Shown here: positions 55,793 to 64,000 of the stretch, in pieces | Layout: each line of letters begins with the position of its first letter | Position numbering within the stretch: the stretch's first letter is position 1 | From: an uncultured Thermoplasmatales archaeon | GTDB taxonomy: Archaea; Thermoplasmatota; E2; DHVEG-1 | Reading direction: 5' to 3' | Assembly: GCA_964347865.1 (NCBI GenBank) | Contig: CAYGAC010000067.1 | Coordinates: forward strand, 6,592 to 70,591 | DNA: 64,000 nucleotides | Notes under the pieces: model-generated | What the model was told of the DNA's origin: nothing | Seen by the model: the letters and a program-made list of their open reading frames with translations, nothing else | Databases searched by the model: none | Translations under genes and position numbers: made by a program

Positions 55793-56379
55793 AAGGTGAA
55801 ATGCAAAAAAGTGTTATACTAATATGTTTGATTGTTGTGATTTTAATTAGTGGTTGTATATCTGAAGAAAGGGGAATTGATATGGTAAACGAAATGAATA
55901 AATTAGTAATAGATTATCTATACTTAGACCTTTCATTGTGTAAAAGATGTCAAGCAACTGATATAGTGCTTGATGAGGCATTAAGTGAACTAAGAGAAGA
56001 GCTAAAGGATGTAAGGCAAATAACAGTCAATAAGATCAAGATATTAAGCGACAAGGAAGCGGAAAAATATGAATTTAAGAGTTCTCCAACCATAAGGATA
56101 AATGGTAAAGATATTGAAGAGATTATTACAGGTAAATTAGAGATAAAAGAAAATTATTGCAGCTCTTGTTCAGAAGTTTGTTGTGGGGAACCGAATTGCC
56201 GAACTTTTGAATACAATGGAACAATTAGTGATTCTATTCCCAAAGAAATGATAAAAGAAGCAATAATGATAGTTTTGGAAATAAATTCAAATGAAGAGCC
56301 TAAAGAGGGCGGGGCAGGTGGTTCACCGTGTTGCCCTCCAAGTAATCAAACATCAGGTTGTTGTGGTTCTGATACCTAA
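55771..56379 (+). CDS. lipoprotein with thioredoxin-like ArsD/DUF2703-type domain and C-terminal PCCPP…GCCG motifs
   Basis: Signal peptide with lipobox (LISGC). Central CKRCQ and SPTIRINGKDI segments resemble ArsD. CSSC and CCGEPNC follow, with C-terminal GGSPCCPPSNQTSGCCGS. The gene overlaps the arsR-like gene by 22 nt. Confidence 0.5.
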   Translation: MDKIVLLKGEMQKSVILICLIVVILISGCISEERGIDMVNEMNKLVIDYLYLDLSLCKRCQATDIVLDEALSELREELKDVRQITVNKIKILSDKEAEKYEFKSSPTIRINGKDIEEIITGKLEIKENYCSSCSEVCCGEPNCRTFEYNGTISDSIPKEMIKEAIMIVLEINSNEEPKEGGAGGSPCCPPSNQTSGCCGSDT

Positions 56380-56570
56380 CGATATTGTTGAGAGGATTTG
56401 AGATGAATGATAAAAAGACTAAGATTTTCCACGGATTCTATACAAACCCTTCTTTTTCTTTTTTTTAATCAAGTGAAGAAGACGATATCTAGGTCTTGAG
56501 TTTAAATCACTTTTTACAACGAAAATTTTTTTAATATAAAAATTATTTGATTTGATGGGAGGTTGATATT

Positions 56571-57089
56571 TTGGTAAAGAAAAAAGGAAAAAAAGTTGCC
56601 GTAAAAACTAAAAAAGAGAAGAAACCTACCACTAAGATGACGGATGCTCCAACGGTATGGACCCCTTTTGACTTATTCGAAGATATTGACAGATACTTTT
56701 TTGAAGACCCATGGTTTAGACGCTCTGGATGGATGAGACCATGGACTGGAGCTTTAATTCCAGATGTGAAACATACAGCTGTGGATATGATTGATACCGG
56801 GAAAGAATATAAGGTGACTGCTGAAATGCCGGGAGTTGCGAAAAAGGATCTTGAAGTTTCAATAACACCTAATAATATAAGCATCTGTGGTGAAACCAAG
56901 ACTGAGACTAAAGAAGAAGAAAGGGGATACATTAGACGTGAAAGAAGTTATTCTACACTTTGTAGAAATATGAAATTTCCTGAAGAAGTAAATCCTGATA
57001 AAGCAGTAGCAACACTTAATGATGGTATTCTAGAAGTAAAGATTCCTAAAATTATACCAAGAAAAAGCAGAATTATACCAGTAAAATAA
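56571..57089 (+). CDS. Hsp20/alpha-crystallin small heat-shock protein (Lys-rich N-terminus; TTG start, or ATG at 56637)
   Basis: The alpha-crystallin domain is …DMIDTGKEYKVTAEMPGVAKKDLEVSI…GILEVKIPK. GGAGGT lies 8 nt upstream of TTG 56571. Confidence 0.7.
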   Translation: MVKKKGKKVAVKTKKEKKPTTKMTDAPTVWTPFDLFEDIDRYFFEDPWFRRSGWMRPWTGALIPDVKHTAVDMIDTGKEYKVTAEMPGVAKKDLEVSITPNNISICGETKTETKEEERGYIRRERSYSTLCRNMKFPEEVNPDKAVATLNDGILEVKIPKIIPRKSRIIPVK

Positions 57090-57134
57090 TAAATTAAATG
57101 ATTTAAAATTGATAAAAAATAATTGGTACAATTT

Positions 57135-57275
57135 ATGATACTATTATGGAAGCTATTCAAAAAAGAAAAGAAATGTGAAGAATGTGGAGTATCCGTTGCG
57201 GAAATACTAAGTTATAAAAATAAGAAATTATGTAAAAAATGTTATGATAAATATTTAGAGATTTTAAATGAATAG
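57135..57275 (+). CDS. small zinc-ribbon protein candidate (46 aa), absent from the ORF track
   Basis: MILLWKLFKKEKKCEECGVSVAEILSYKNKKLCKKCYDKYLEILNE. Contains CxxC…CxxC. Weak upstream signals. Confidence 0.3.
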   Translation: MILLWKLFKKEKKCEECGVSVAEILSYKNKKLCKKCYDKYLEILNE

Positions 57276-57548
57276 TAATAAGAAATTTAAGTAATGTTGT
57301 TGCTGTTAATATCGATGTGTGCACAATGTAAGAAAAATGATCATTATAGGTATAAAAAAACTTATTCTAACTATAAAAAATATGTAAGTAAAATATGCAT
57401 GTGTAGAAATGGAAAGGAATTCTATTTGTGGTTCAAACATTTAATTTAATATAAAAAATAGCAAAGGTAATATCGGTTCTTTATATTTTTAAAGCTCATA
57501 TATAATTTATGGAGATTTATTATGATAATTTGTAACCATAACTAGGTT

Positions 57549-57773
57549 TTATCTGATTGTGGTAAATTTTAAAATCGCTGCAGTGCCCCTTAGTTTTGAC
57601 TGGATTTTATCTGCTAAATCAAGTTCATCTGATATCTTTGCGATGCCTTTCCAATCATAGATAAAGTCATGTTCACCAATGTGATATTTCAACCCCATCT
57701 CATTTATTTTTTTAAATATAACAGATGCTTTCTCTCCATCTGCACTAACATATACATCGACAAATGTTTCCAT
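57549..57773 (-). CDS. hypothetical small protein (74 aa)
   Basis: ORF only. Confidence 0.35.
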   Translation of the reverse strand: METFVDVYVSADGEKASVIFKKINEMGLKYHIGEHDFIYDWKGIAKISDELDLADKIQSKLRGTAAILKFTTIR

Positions 57774-57813
57774 AAATTTTCGTATACAAAATGAGATATA
57801 ATAATTTTAATTT

Positions 57814-58011
57814 CTATTTACGGTCACATTCTATGTCTTCTTCATTTTCATCTTCCTGATCTTCAGACTCTGTATAATCATATTCTTTAGTTATTTCAAA
57901 ATGGTCTATTAACCTATTTATCATATCATCTATAGAATCTTCAGATTTTCCTATTTCTTTTAACCGGCTAATGGTTTTTTGTTTTATACTAACATTAACA
58001 GTTTTTTCCAT
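57814..58011 (-). CDS. small protein with RHH/antitoxin-like N-terminus and acidic C-terminal tail (65 aa)
   Basis: MEKTVNVSIKQKTISRLKEIGKSEDSIDDMINRLIDHFE is followed by a D/E-rich tail. Confidence 0.35.
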   Translation of the reverse strand: MEKTVNVSIKQKTISRLKEIGKSEDSIDDMINRLIDHFEITKEYDYTESEDQEDENEEDIECDRK

Positions 58012-58092
58012 ATAAAAAACCTCAGATTGTATATCGGTTTTCTCATTATTAGGTTTTTCAATATCTTTTTAGAACTGCCTTTTGTTACAAAT

Positions 58093-58106
58093 TAACAATC
58101 GTTACA
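58093..58106. promoter_or_regulatory. TTAACAATCGTTAC, third copy of the TTAACAATYGTTAAC-like palindrome
   Basis: Seen directly. It is upstream (on the minus strand) of the 57814-58011 gene and upstream of the plus-strand small gene at 58224. Confidence 0.3.
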
Positions 58107-58223
58107 GATTTTATTTGGTTACATTACTGGAATTATATATAGAAGAGCAACAATTTAAATGAGTAGGAAAAATTTATCGAGGTATTAAACATTCATTTCA
58201 TTAATCTTGTAAAAGGGAAGTAT

Positions 58224-58397
58224 CATGTCAAAGAAGAAAAAGAAATTTCCAATAAAATATATGCGTAAGGGATTATTTACAGATGAAGATTTTCTAGATG
58301 AAAAACTGGATAAGAAAGAAAAAGGTAAGAAACGGATTAAAAAACCTAAAATGTCGGTTCATATGAAAACTGGAAGGGGAAGAGATAAAGCAAAATA
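58224..58397 (+). CDS. small Lys-rich basic protein (57 aa), absent from the ORF track
   Basis: MSKKKKKFPIKYMRKGLFTDEDFLDEKLDKKEKGKKRIKKPKMSVHMKTGRGRDKAK. Could be a ribosomal or nucleic-acid-binding mini-protein. Not recognised. Confidence 0.35.
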
Positions 58398-58454
58398 ATT
58401 CCTATAATCATTTTTTTAGTTAAAATTGATTAATTTTCATGTAATTTTAAAATT

Positions 58455-59213
58455 TCAATGGTACATATCTTTATAGGGCTGTGTTTCTGGTTGGGGCGCT
58501 TCTGCTTGTTTCCTTAATGTTTTCAGATATTCCTCTAATTTTTTAGATTCCTCATATAAAGGTTTTGTTTCTATTTTAATCTCAGGTATGAGTTTGTCTA
58601 TAGCTTCAAGGATTTTTGCTGCTCCAATAGAATCTGGTAAATCAACACAAGCTTCTGCTAATAAAGTTATAACATCATAGTTTCTCCATCTACCTTCATT
58701 TAAAAGAACTCCTGAGACACCGTAAATCATTCCTGTTTGAAGAGGCTCTATTTCCGCATCTTTTAGTTCTTTTCGTGCTTTATCGGTACTTCCAATACCA
58801 AATACCTTTGTCTCTATTTTGTCCATTGGTTCTCCAGGTTTACATTTAATATCTGAAGGAAGACCTTCCATGGAAACAATTCGTCTTATTTTTTGTTCCT
58901 TGCACCATTCCATTAATTTTAAAGCCATTGGCCTATGGAGTAGAGGTGTCGGAGTAAACTCTGAGAGAAAAACACCAATTTTATGTTTACCATCTGCATA
59001 AATACGTGCGGGAAACTTTGGTTTTGATGCATAAATAATCGATGTGGGCGGAAATGCTTCAGAATCAAAGGCGCAGATTTGATCAAGTTTAAGAAAATCT
59101 ACAAGATGAGTCGCCGCAATACTACTAACAAGACCCACTCCTGGAGAACCTTCTATAATTGTTCCGTTTTCTAAATTCATGTCCTTAAATTTTTTTACCT
59201 CAATATCAATCAT
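58455..59213 (-). CDS. PAC2-family proteasome assembly chaperone-like protein (archaeal COG1938, PbaA/PbaB-like)
   Basis: The N-terminus is MIDIEVKKF…IIEGSPGVGLVSSIAATHLVDFL. 252 aa. Confidence 0.6.
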   Translation of the reverse strand: MIDIEVKKFKDMNLENGTIIEGSPGVGLVSSIAATHLVDFLKLDQICAFDSEAFPPTSIIYASKPKFPARIYADGKHKIGVFLSEFTPTPLLHRPMALKLMEWCKEQKIRRIVSMEGLPSDIKCKPGEPMDKIETKVFGIGSTDKARKELKDAEIEPLQTGMIYGVSGVLLNEGRWRNYDVITLLAEACVDLPDSIGAAKILEAIDKLIPEIKIETKPLYEESKKLEEYLKTLRKQAEAPQPETQPYKDMYH

Positions 59214-59419
59214 AAACTCCTCAAAGAACCCTATAAATTTTACTCTATTTATTAATTACGGGACGTGAAAAAACAAAGATATCCCAGAATGATTATTTCA
59301 TGATAACAGGAATACGTATAAAAATAAAATAAAAATTACCCACATAAAAACTTCCAAAAATATATCTTGATTATTGTAATTAAATTTATTTTTTTGTTAA
59401 ATCATTATAAATAAAGCAA

Positions 59420-60808
59420 TTGAATATATGCAAAGATGATAATATGAAGGAATATGATGTAGTTATTATTGGGAGTGGCTCTGGTGGAATTATCGTTGAA
59501 AAAGCAATAGCTAAAAATATTAAAGTCGCATGGATAGAAAAAGGTTCTCTCGGAGGAACCTGTCTCAATGTCGGATGTATTCCTTCTAAAATGTTGATTT
59601 ATCCGGCAGACAAAATAATAGAATCACAAGAAGCGGAAAAACTTGGTTGTGAAATAAAATTCAATAATCTAAATTTTACTAAGATAATAAAAAGAATAAA
59701 ACAAACAATTACAGAGAATCAAAAACAAATAAAAACATGGATAGAAAGAGAAAAAAACATAGATTTTTATAACGGGGAAGCACATTTTATCGGAGATTAC
59801 ACACTAGAAGTAAAAAATAGAAAAATATATGGAAATAAAATATTTGTCGCCTCTGGTTCAAGACCACACATACCCTCTATAGCCTCAATAGATAAGAGTA
59901 ATATTTTAACAAATGAATCTGTTTTTGATATAAAAGAAAAACCAGAAAGTCTTATTATTATTATTGGTGGTGGTTATATTGCTGCGGAGTTTGGCCATTT
60001 TTTCACAACAATTGGATCTAAAGTTACTATTTTGCAGCGATGGGACAGGATTTTACCAAATGAAGAACCTGAAATATCTACAATATTAAAAAAACAAATG
60101 AATAAAAGAATGAGGGTTTTTATAAATACTGAGGCTATAGAGATAATACCATCTAAACCACTGTATACAGTAATTGGAAAAAACAGAATTACAGATGTGA
60201 AAAAAAAATTTAAAGCAGAAAAAATAATGATTGCAACAGGTAGAGAACCAAATGTTGACAGGCTTAGAGTTGAAAATACTGGAGTCAATGTAGATGAAAA
60301 GGGATATATTAAAGTAAATAATTATTTAGAAACTACTAAAAAAAATATTTGGGCATTTGGTGATGCTATTGGGAGATTCATGTTTAGACATGTAGCAAAT
60401 AAAGAAGCAGAGGTTGCATGGTATAATTCAACTTATAAACATAAAAAAATGATGAGCTATAATGCCATTCCTCATGCGGTTTTTACTTATCCACAAGTTG
60501 CCTCAGTTGGAATGACTGAAGCTGAAGCTAAGAAAAACCATGATATCATTGTTGGAAAAGCATATTATTCAGATATTGCAATGGGATGGGCTATGATGGA
60601 AAAAAATGGTTTTGCTAAAGCAATTGTCGAAAAAAATACAAATAAAATTCTAGGTTTTCATATCATTGGACCATATGCCTCTATTTTAATCCAAGAAATT
60701 GTGAATGTTATGGAATCTGATAAAAAGATTACATCTTTGATAAAAAGTATACATATTCACCCGGCTTTAAGTGAACTGATACCGGCAACACTAAGTAACC
60801 TTAAATGA
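59420..60808 (+). CDS. pyridine nucleotide-disulfide oxidoreductase, dihydrolipoyl dehydrogenase-like
   Basis: FAD site VVIIGSGSGG. The redox-active disulfide is GGTCLNVGCIPSK. The NAD site IIIGGGYIAAEFG and a C-terminal dimerisation domain with HPALSE are also present. Confidence 0.75.
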   Translation: MNICKDDNMKEYDVVIIGSGSGGIIVEKAIAKNIKVAWIEKGSLGGTCLNVGCIPSKMLIYPADKIIESQEAEKLGCEIKFNNLNFTKIIKRIKQTITENQKQIKTWIEREKNIDFYNGEAHFIGDYTLEVKNRKIYGNKIFVASGSRPHIPSIASIDKSNILTNESVFDIKEKPESLIIIIGGGYIAAEFGHFFTTIGSKVTILQRWDRILPNEEPEISTILKKQMNKRMRVFINTEAIEIIPSKPLYTVIGKNRITDVKKKFKAEKIMIATGREPNVDRLRVENTGVNVDEKGYIKVNNYLETTKKNIWAFGDAIGRFMFRHVANKEAEVAWYNSTYKHKKMMSYNAIPHAVFTYPQVASVGMTEAEAKKNHDIIVGKAYYSDIAMGWAMMEKNGFAKAIVEKNTNKILGFHIIGPYASILIQEIVNVMESDKKITSLIKSIHIHPALSELIPATLSNLK

Positions 60809-61054
60809 TTAAAATTTTAAAGAATACATACTTTATATACTAAATGTTATTAGTCCTTTAAATAAAAGTGATATTAATGGGATTATTTAATAGATTTAAA
60901 AAACAAGTTGAAGAAGAAATAGAAGAAATAACAATTGATGCGGACATTTTGCAAATTGTAGTGACAATTGCCTCCTGAAAGAACCGATAAAGGACATCGT
61001 TGAATAAAAAAATAAAAATTATACCGGCATCTAATTAGCTGGAACTGATAAACA

Positions 61055-61339
61055 ATGATTGATAAATCTAAGTTTCCAATTTACGGGTATATATGTAACA
61101 CTATTGCAATATTATTCTTTATAGTTCATCTCTTATATTTAGTAGATCTCTGTCCTTATGGTATTTCAACTGTCATTAGAATTAGTTTTATACAGGTTAT
61201 ACTTGCAATTTTAGCGATATATTTTGGATGTTGTTCTGAAGCAAAAAAAGCAAAGATTAGTATTATTTTAGGTTTAATAGTAATACTTTTTGTAATCTTG
61301 TACTCTGCCCTAGTTATTCTTCCATGTATATCATTATAA
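61055..61339 (+). CDS. small membrane protein (94 aa)
   Basis: Three hydrophobic helices. Confidence 0.4.
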   Translation: MIDKSKFPIYGYICNTIAILFFIVHLLYLVDLCPYGISTVIRISFIQVILAILAIYFGCCSEAKKAKISIILGLIVILFVILYSALVILPCISL

Positions 61340-61422
61340 CCGCTAGAACACATCCGCGTTAACAGGGGAAAAATCAAGTCATTATTTTTATATTTTTATG
61401 TGGTTTATGATAATAGTCAAAA

Positions 61423-61442
61423 CGATGAGAATCGGCGAATAA
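61423..61442. repeat. inverted repeat arm 2 (cgatgagaatcggcgaataa), partner of 55341-55360
   Basis: Its reverse complement matches 55339-55360 perfectly over 22 nt. Confidence 0.7.
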
Positions 61443-61476
61443 ATGCGTCTATCATAAATACTAGATTATTGTTCTT

Positions 61477-61689
61477 TTATTCTCGTTTACACACTACAAT
61501 TACTGACATTATGGTATGTGCAATTAAAACAAGTCCAAGGAATACCCAAAAGAAAACCCATGACGCCTCTTTATAGATTCCTCCATTTTCCGAAAACGAA
61601 GTTGCTATAGAAAAAATTATCATAAGAATACCGACTATTGCTGGTATCAGACAAAAGCATAACTCTTTAATTTTCTTTTTTCTTGCCAT
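61477..61689 (-). CDS. small membrane protein (70 aa, 2 TM)
   Basis: Hydrophobic ORF. Confidence 0.4.
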   Translation of the reverse strand: MARKKKIKELCFCLIPAIVGILMIIFSIATSFSENGGIYKEASWVFFWVFLGLVLIAHTIMSVIVVCKRE

Positions 61690-61717
61690 ATTATGCGATT
61701 CGTTATATTTTTTGATT

Positions 61718-62110
61718 TTATTTGCATTCAGGTATTTTATCTAGACCTTTTAGAGTTCTGGTAAGTGTTACTACGTTTCCAACTGCTTTTATATATCCGA
61801 CAGGTAAACAAATTGTTATGTGACCTAATAAAGGCTTTTTATAACCAAGTTCTTTTACTGCTTCATCAGATAATTCAATATGTAAATGTGTAGCCTCCCA
61901 CTTTTTGGTATTTATCTCCATCCCGGATATTTCACCAGCCTGAAAGCCATCTAGTGTTACTACATTCATGCCATCCAATTTACTATATTTCATACAGACT
62001 TCCAAAGGTTTAATGTAGAATAAAGAATATAATATTTTTGCTAAAAGCATTTCTTCATAATCATTTATTAAAAGATTTGAGGCAATTGTTCGATTTTTAA
62101 TAATTAACAT
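61718..62110 (-). CDS. PRC-barrel domain protein
   Basis: DGMNVVTLDGFQAGEISGMEINTKKWEATHLHIEL is PRC-barrel-like. The true start may be the internal Met (MKYSKLDG…). Confidence 0.5.
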   Translation of the reverse strand: MLIIKNRTIASNLLINDYEEMLLAKILYSLFYIKPLEVCMKYSKLDGMNVVTLDGFQAGEISGMEINTKKWEATHLHIELSDEAVKELGYKKPLLGHITICLPVGYIKAVGNVVTLTRTLKGLDKIPECK

Positions 62111-62173
62111 GTTGTTAAAGAAAATGATTTTAAGAAATTTTTAAATCCTTAATCATGTTAAAAGAATTGAAAT

Positions 62174-63091
62174 ATGAAAAAGCTTAGAATTTTTGGAATT
62201 ATACTCTTATTAATCATTGTCATTAGTATTATAGGATTTTTGACAGGTATTTTATCGATTCCATCAATAAAAAGTATTAGCAACAGATGGGGAGATGTGA
62301 CGAATAATACTACGGAGATCATTAGTAGCATTACAATTGAAAATAATAACCCATTTAGAATCAATATACCAAGAGTTGAAGTAGATTACACTGTGAAGAT
62401 GAATAATATTGAAATGGCATATGGCAAAATAGAGGAGATTAATTTGAAAAAAGGAGATACAACAATAGAGGTCAGCTCGTATCTTGATAATGCAAAGATA
62501 CCTGAATGGTGGGTATCCCATATTGAAAATAATGAATCAACTATCGTGAATATTGAACCTGTTGTAGTAATTGATGCAGAATTTTCAGAGCCTCATGTTG
62601 AGACCTCGACTAAAACAATACCGATAACTACCGATTTTCTTGCGGATATAAACACAAATAGTGAAAGAATTATTGAAATTGGTCCTATCAATCTTGCTTT
62701 GAAATCAGTTTCTGCGAATTGGGGAAATACTAGTAGCGAAACAACTGAACTTCTAATAGACATTTTAGTACATAATTCTCTACCTATTACTGTTCCAATG
62801 CCAAAGATTGATTACAAAATAGAAATGAACAATATTACCATCGGAAACGGTACCATCAAGGATTCAATTATGTTAAAAGCAAATAATTATACCACAATAA
62901 ACTTAGCAACTAAAATAAATAATTACAAGCTAGATGACTGGTTTATATCAAATCTCCAAAATGATGAACATTCTATTTTTGAAATTAATATCAACGCAGA
63001 AATAAAATATAATGAGATCAGTTACCTCGTTGATGATTTTTTGATTTATACATATGAATTCGACACCGATATTTTAGGTCATGACCTATAG
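62174..63091 (+). CDS. membrane-anchored protein with two tandem LEA-2/WHy-like (LEA14-type) domains
   Basis: N-terminal TM helix. Two repeats each begin with WGDVTNNTTEI… or WGNTSSETTEL…, followed by a beta-rich segment of about 110 aa (…VEVDYTVKMNNIEMAYGKI… and …KIDYKIEMNNITIGNGTI…). Confidence 0.55.
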   Translation: MKKLRIFGIILLLIIVISIIGFLTGILSIPSIKSISNRWGDVTNNTTEIISSITIENNNPFRINIPRVEVDYTVKMNNIEMAYGKIEEINLKKGDTTIEVSSYLDNAKIPEWWVSHIENNESTIVNIEPVVVIDAEFSEPHVETSTKTIPITTDFLADINTNSERIIEIGPINLALKSVSANWGNTSSETTELLIDILVHNSLPITVPMPKIDYKIEMNNITIGNGTIKDSIMLKANNYTTINLATKINNYKLDDWFISNLQNDEHSIFEININAEIKYNEISYLVDDFLIYTYEFDTDILGHDL

Positions 63092-63225
63092 TTATTGGAT
63101 CATAAGAACAATAGAGACACGTTTAAATCAAATGGATTAATATCGTCTATTGTGTACTTCCGAATGTAATAAAAACGCTAACACAAAGACAAATTATTAC
63201 AGTGTAATAAAACAGATTTAATCTC

Positions 63226-63752
63226 TTATCTTTTTATTAGTTCAATTGGTGAGATTAAATCCATCAGATATGGTTTTAGAAATTTTCTAACGCTTGCCAT
63301 CCAGACAATTGCACAAAATATCAAAATGATTGTAAAATAATTCCATTCATTGATTACAAGACCAAGCGCAATTCCAGCAGCAGGAGCATGTTCAGTATTG
63401 GTTATTGTCATAATAAAAATAGCTATTCCAACAGCAATAGCACCAAATACAATTAGTGCCATTTTTGAGTTATAAAAAAATTGCTGAAATCTTCAATAAA
63501 AGAAATATAATTACAGATTATTCCAACAATAATTCCAACTATATAACCACCGATTAATCTCCTAGGATCAGAAGAATAGGTATTTGGCATTGTAAAAACA
63601 ATAAAAGCACTTGCACCAAGTGCAGCAATTATCGCTGTTTCAGTGAGAACATTTAGAAAAACAAGCACCGCTAAGACAGTTAGTGTAGCCAAAACACATT
63701 GAAAAATATACCTATGAACATTTTTTCTAAATTTTTTATCAAAAAATCTCAT
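63226..63752 (-). pseudogene. HPP-family membrane protein split by a frameshift (ORFs 63453-63752 and 63226-63462 overlap by 10 nt in different frames)
   Basis: Together the two parts make about 177 aa with 4-5 TM helices. The HPP-like motif is TEHAPAAGIALG. An A7 homopolymer at 63472-63478 lies next to the junction. Confidence 0.4.
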
Positions 63753-64000
63753 TAATAAATCTCCGATTTAGCTTTTTCTCAATGTAACATCAATATTTTC
63801 AGATGCTATCTTAATGTTCCCGTTTTTCTCTATCTTACTTAATATTAACTTACTTAAATTATCGCGAAGAATTCTTCTTTCTTTTGTGTCAGTAACATAT
63901 CTAATATTTAGATTAATCCAGTTATCAGTAAGTGTAAAAAAGATTACAGGCTCAACTGGTTTTTTAGGTAAATAATATTTTTCCCCTAGTTTTGTAATTT

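Noticed and set aside
39980-56470. CTTCTTTTTCTTTT-like T-rich motif (39980, 55290, 55412, 56447) as an independent repeat family
   Set aside because: Pyrimidine or T tracts are expected archaeal transcription terminator and intergenic composition in an AT-rich genome. They are noted as part of the larger repeat element rather than as a separate feature.
56571-56636. Lys-rich 22-aa N-terminal extension of the Hsp20 ORF as a separate feature
   Set aside because: It is more likely just an alternative-start ambiguity (TTG 56571 with GGAGGT upstream versus ATG 56637). I kept it inside the Hsp20 call.
60877-60975. 33-aa ORF MGLFNRFKKQVEEEIEEITIDADILQIVVTIAS
   Set aside because: It is too short, lacks motifs, and has no convincing ribosome-binding site. 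It is not reportable without conservation data.

Overview
This 64 kb window is an AT-rich chromosomal segment of an anaerobic archaeon, judged by eye rather than measured. The archaeal call rests on a Sec61beta/SecG gene, class I LysRS, a CTP-type riboflavin kinase with HTH, a PAC2/Pba proteasome chaperone, Lrp/AsnC and XRE-COG1395 regulators, a NOG1 GTPase and a four-subunit POR operon. A Ta0583-like actin homolog hints at Thermoplasmatota or a related euryarchaeal lineage, but I cannot confirm the lineage. Most of the window is densely packed housekeeping and energy metabolism. The main genes are porGDAB, a tungsten aldehyde:ferredoxin oxidoreductase, two class I aminotransferases, homoserine dehydrogenase, alaS, lysK, a MiaB-like methylthiotransferase, a bacterial-type (type I) GAPDH, pgk, tRNA-Ala, NAD-dependent LigA plus PolX, and two two-component systems. 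There is also a second, two-subunit 2-oxoacid:ferredoxin oxidoreductase whose beta gene carries an in-frame TAG. The four-gene NiFe hydrogenase operon matches the group 3b sulfhydrogenase order hydBGDA. The most unusual stretch is about 48.5-56.4 kb. It is a metal (probably copper) homeostasis and redox island. It holds a His-rich CPH-motif CopB-type P1B ATPase, a DUF302 protein, a SHOCT membrane protein and a YHS-domain fused to a CxxC-less thioredoxin-reductase-like flavoprotein. It also holds an apparently frameshifted Cys-rich mini-protein, a signal-peptide DOMON-like domain fused to a multi-His cytochrome b561-like transmembrane module, and a Met/His-repeat membrane protein. An ArsR/SmtB regulator and an ArsD/DUF2703-like lipoprotein with CC motifs close the island. 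The island sits next to a repeated ~80-100 bp intergenic element (copies near 39.9 kb and 55.2 kb) and to a 22 bp perfect inverted repeat pair 6 kb apart (55.34 kb and 61.42 kb). Several small zinc-ribbon ORFs and a SecG ORF are missing from the ORF track. No CRISPR array, rRNA or obvious transposase or integrase was seen. All family assignments are from reading motifs by eye and need confirmation by HMM or BLAST.
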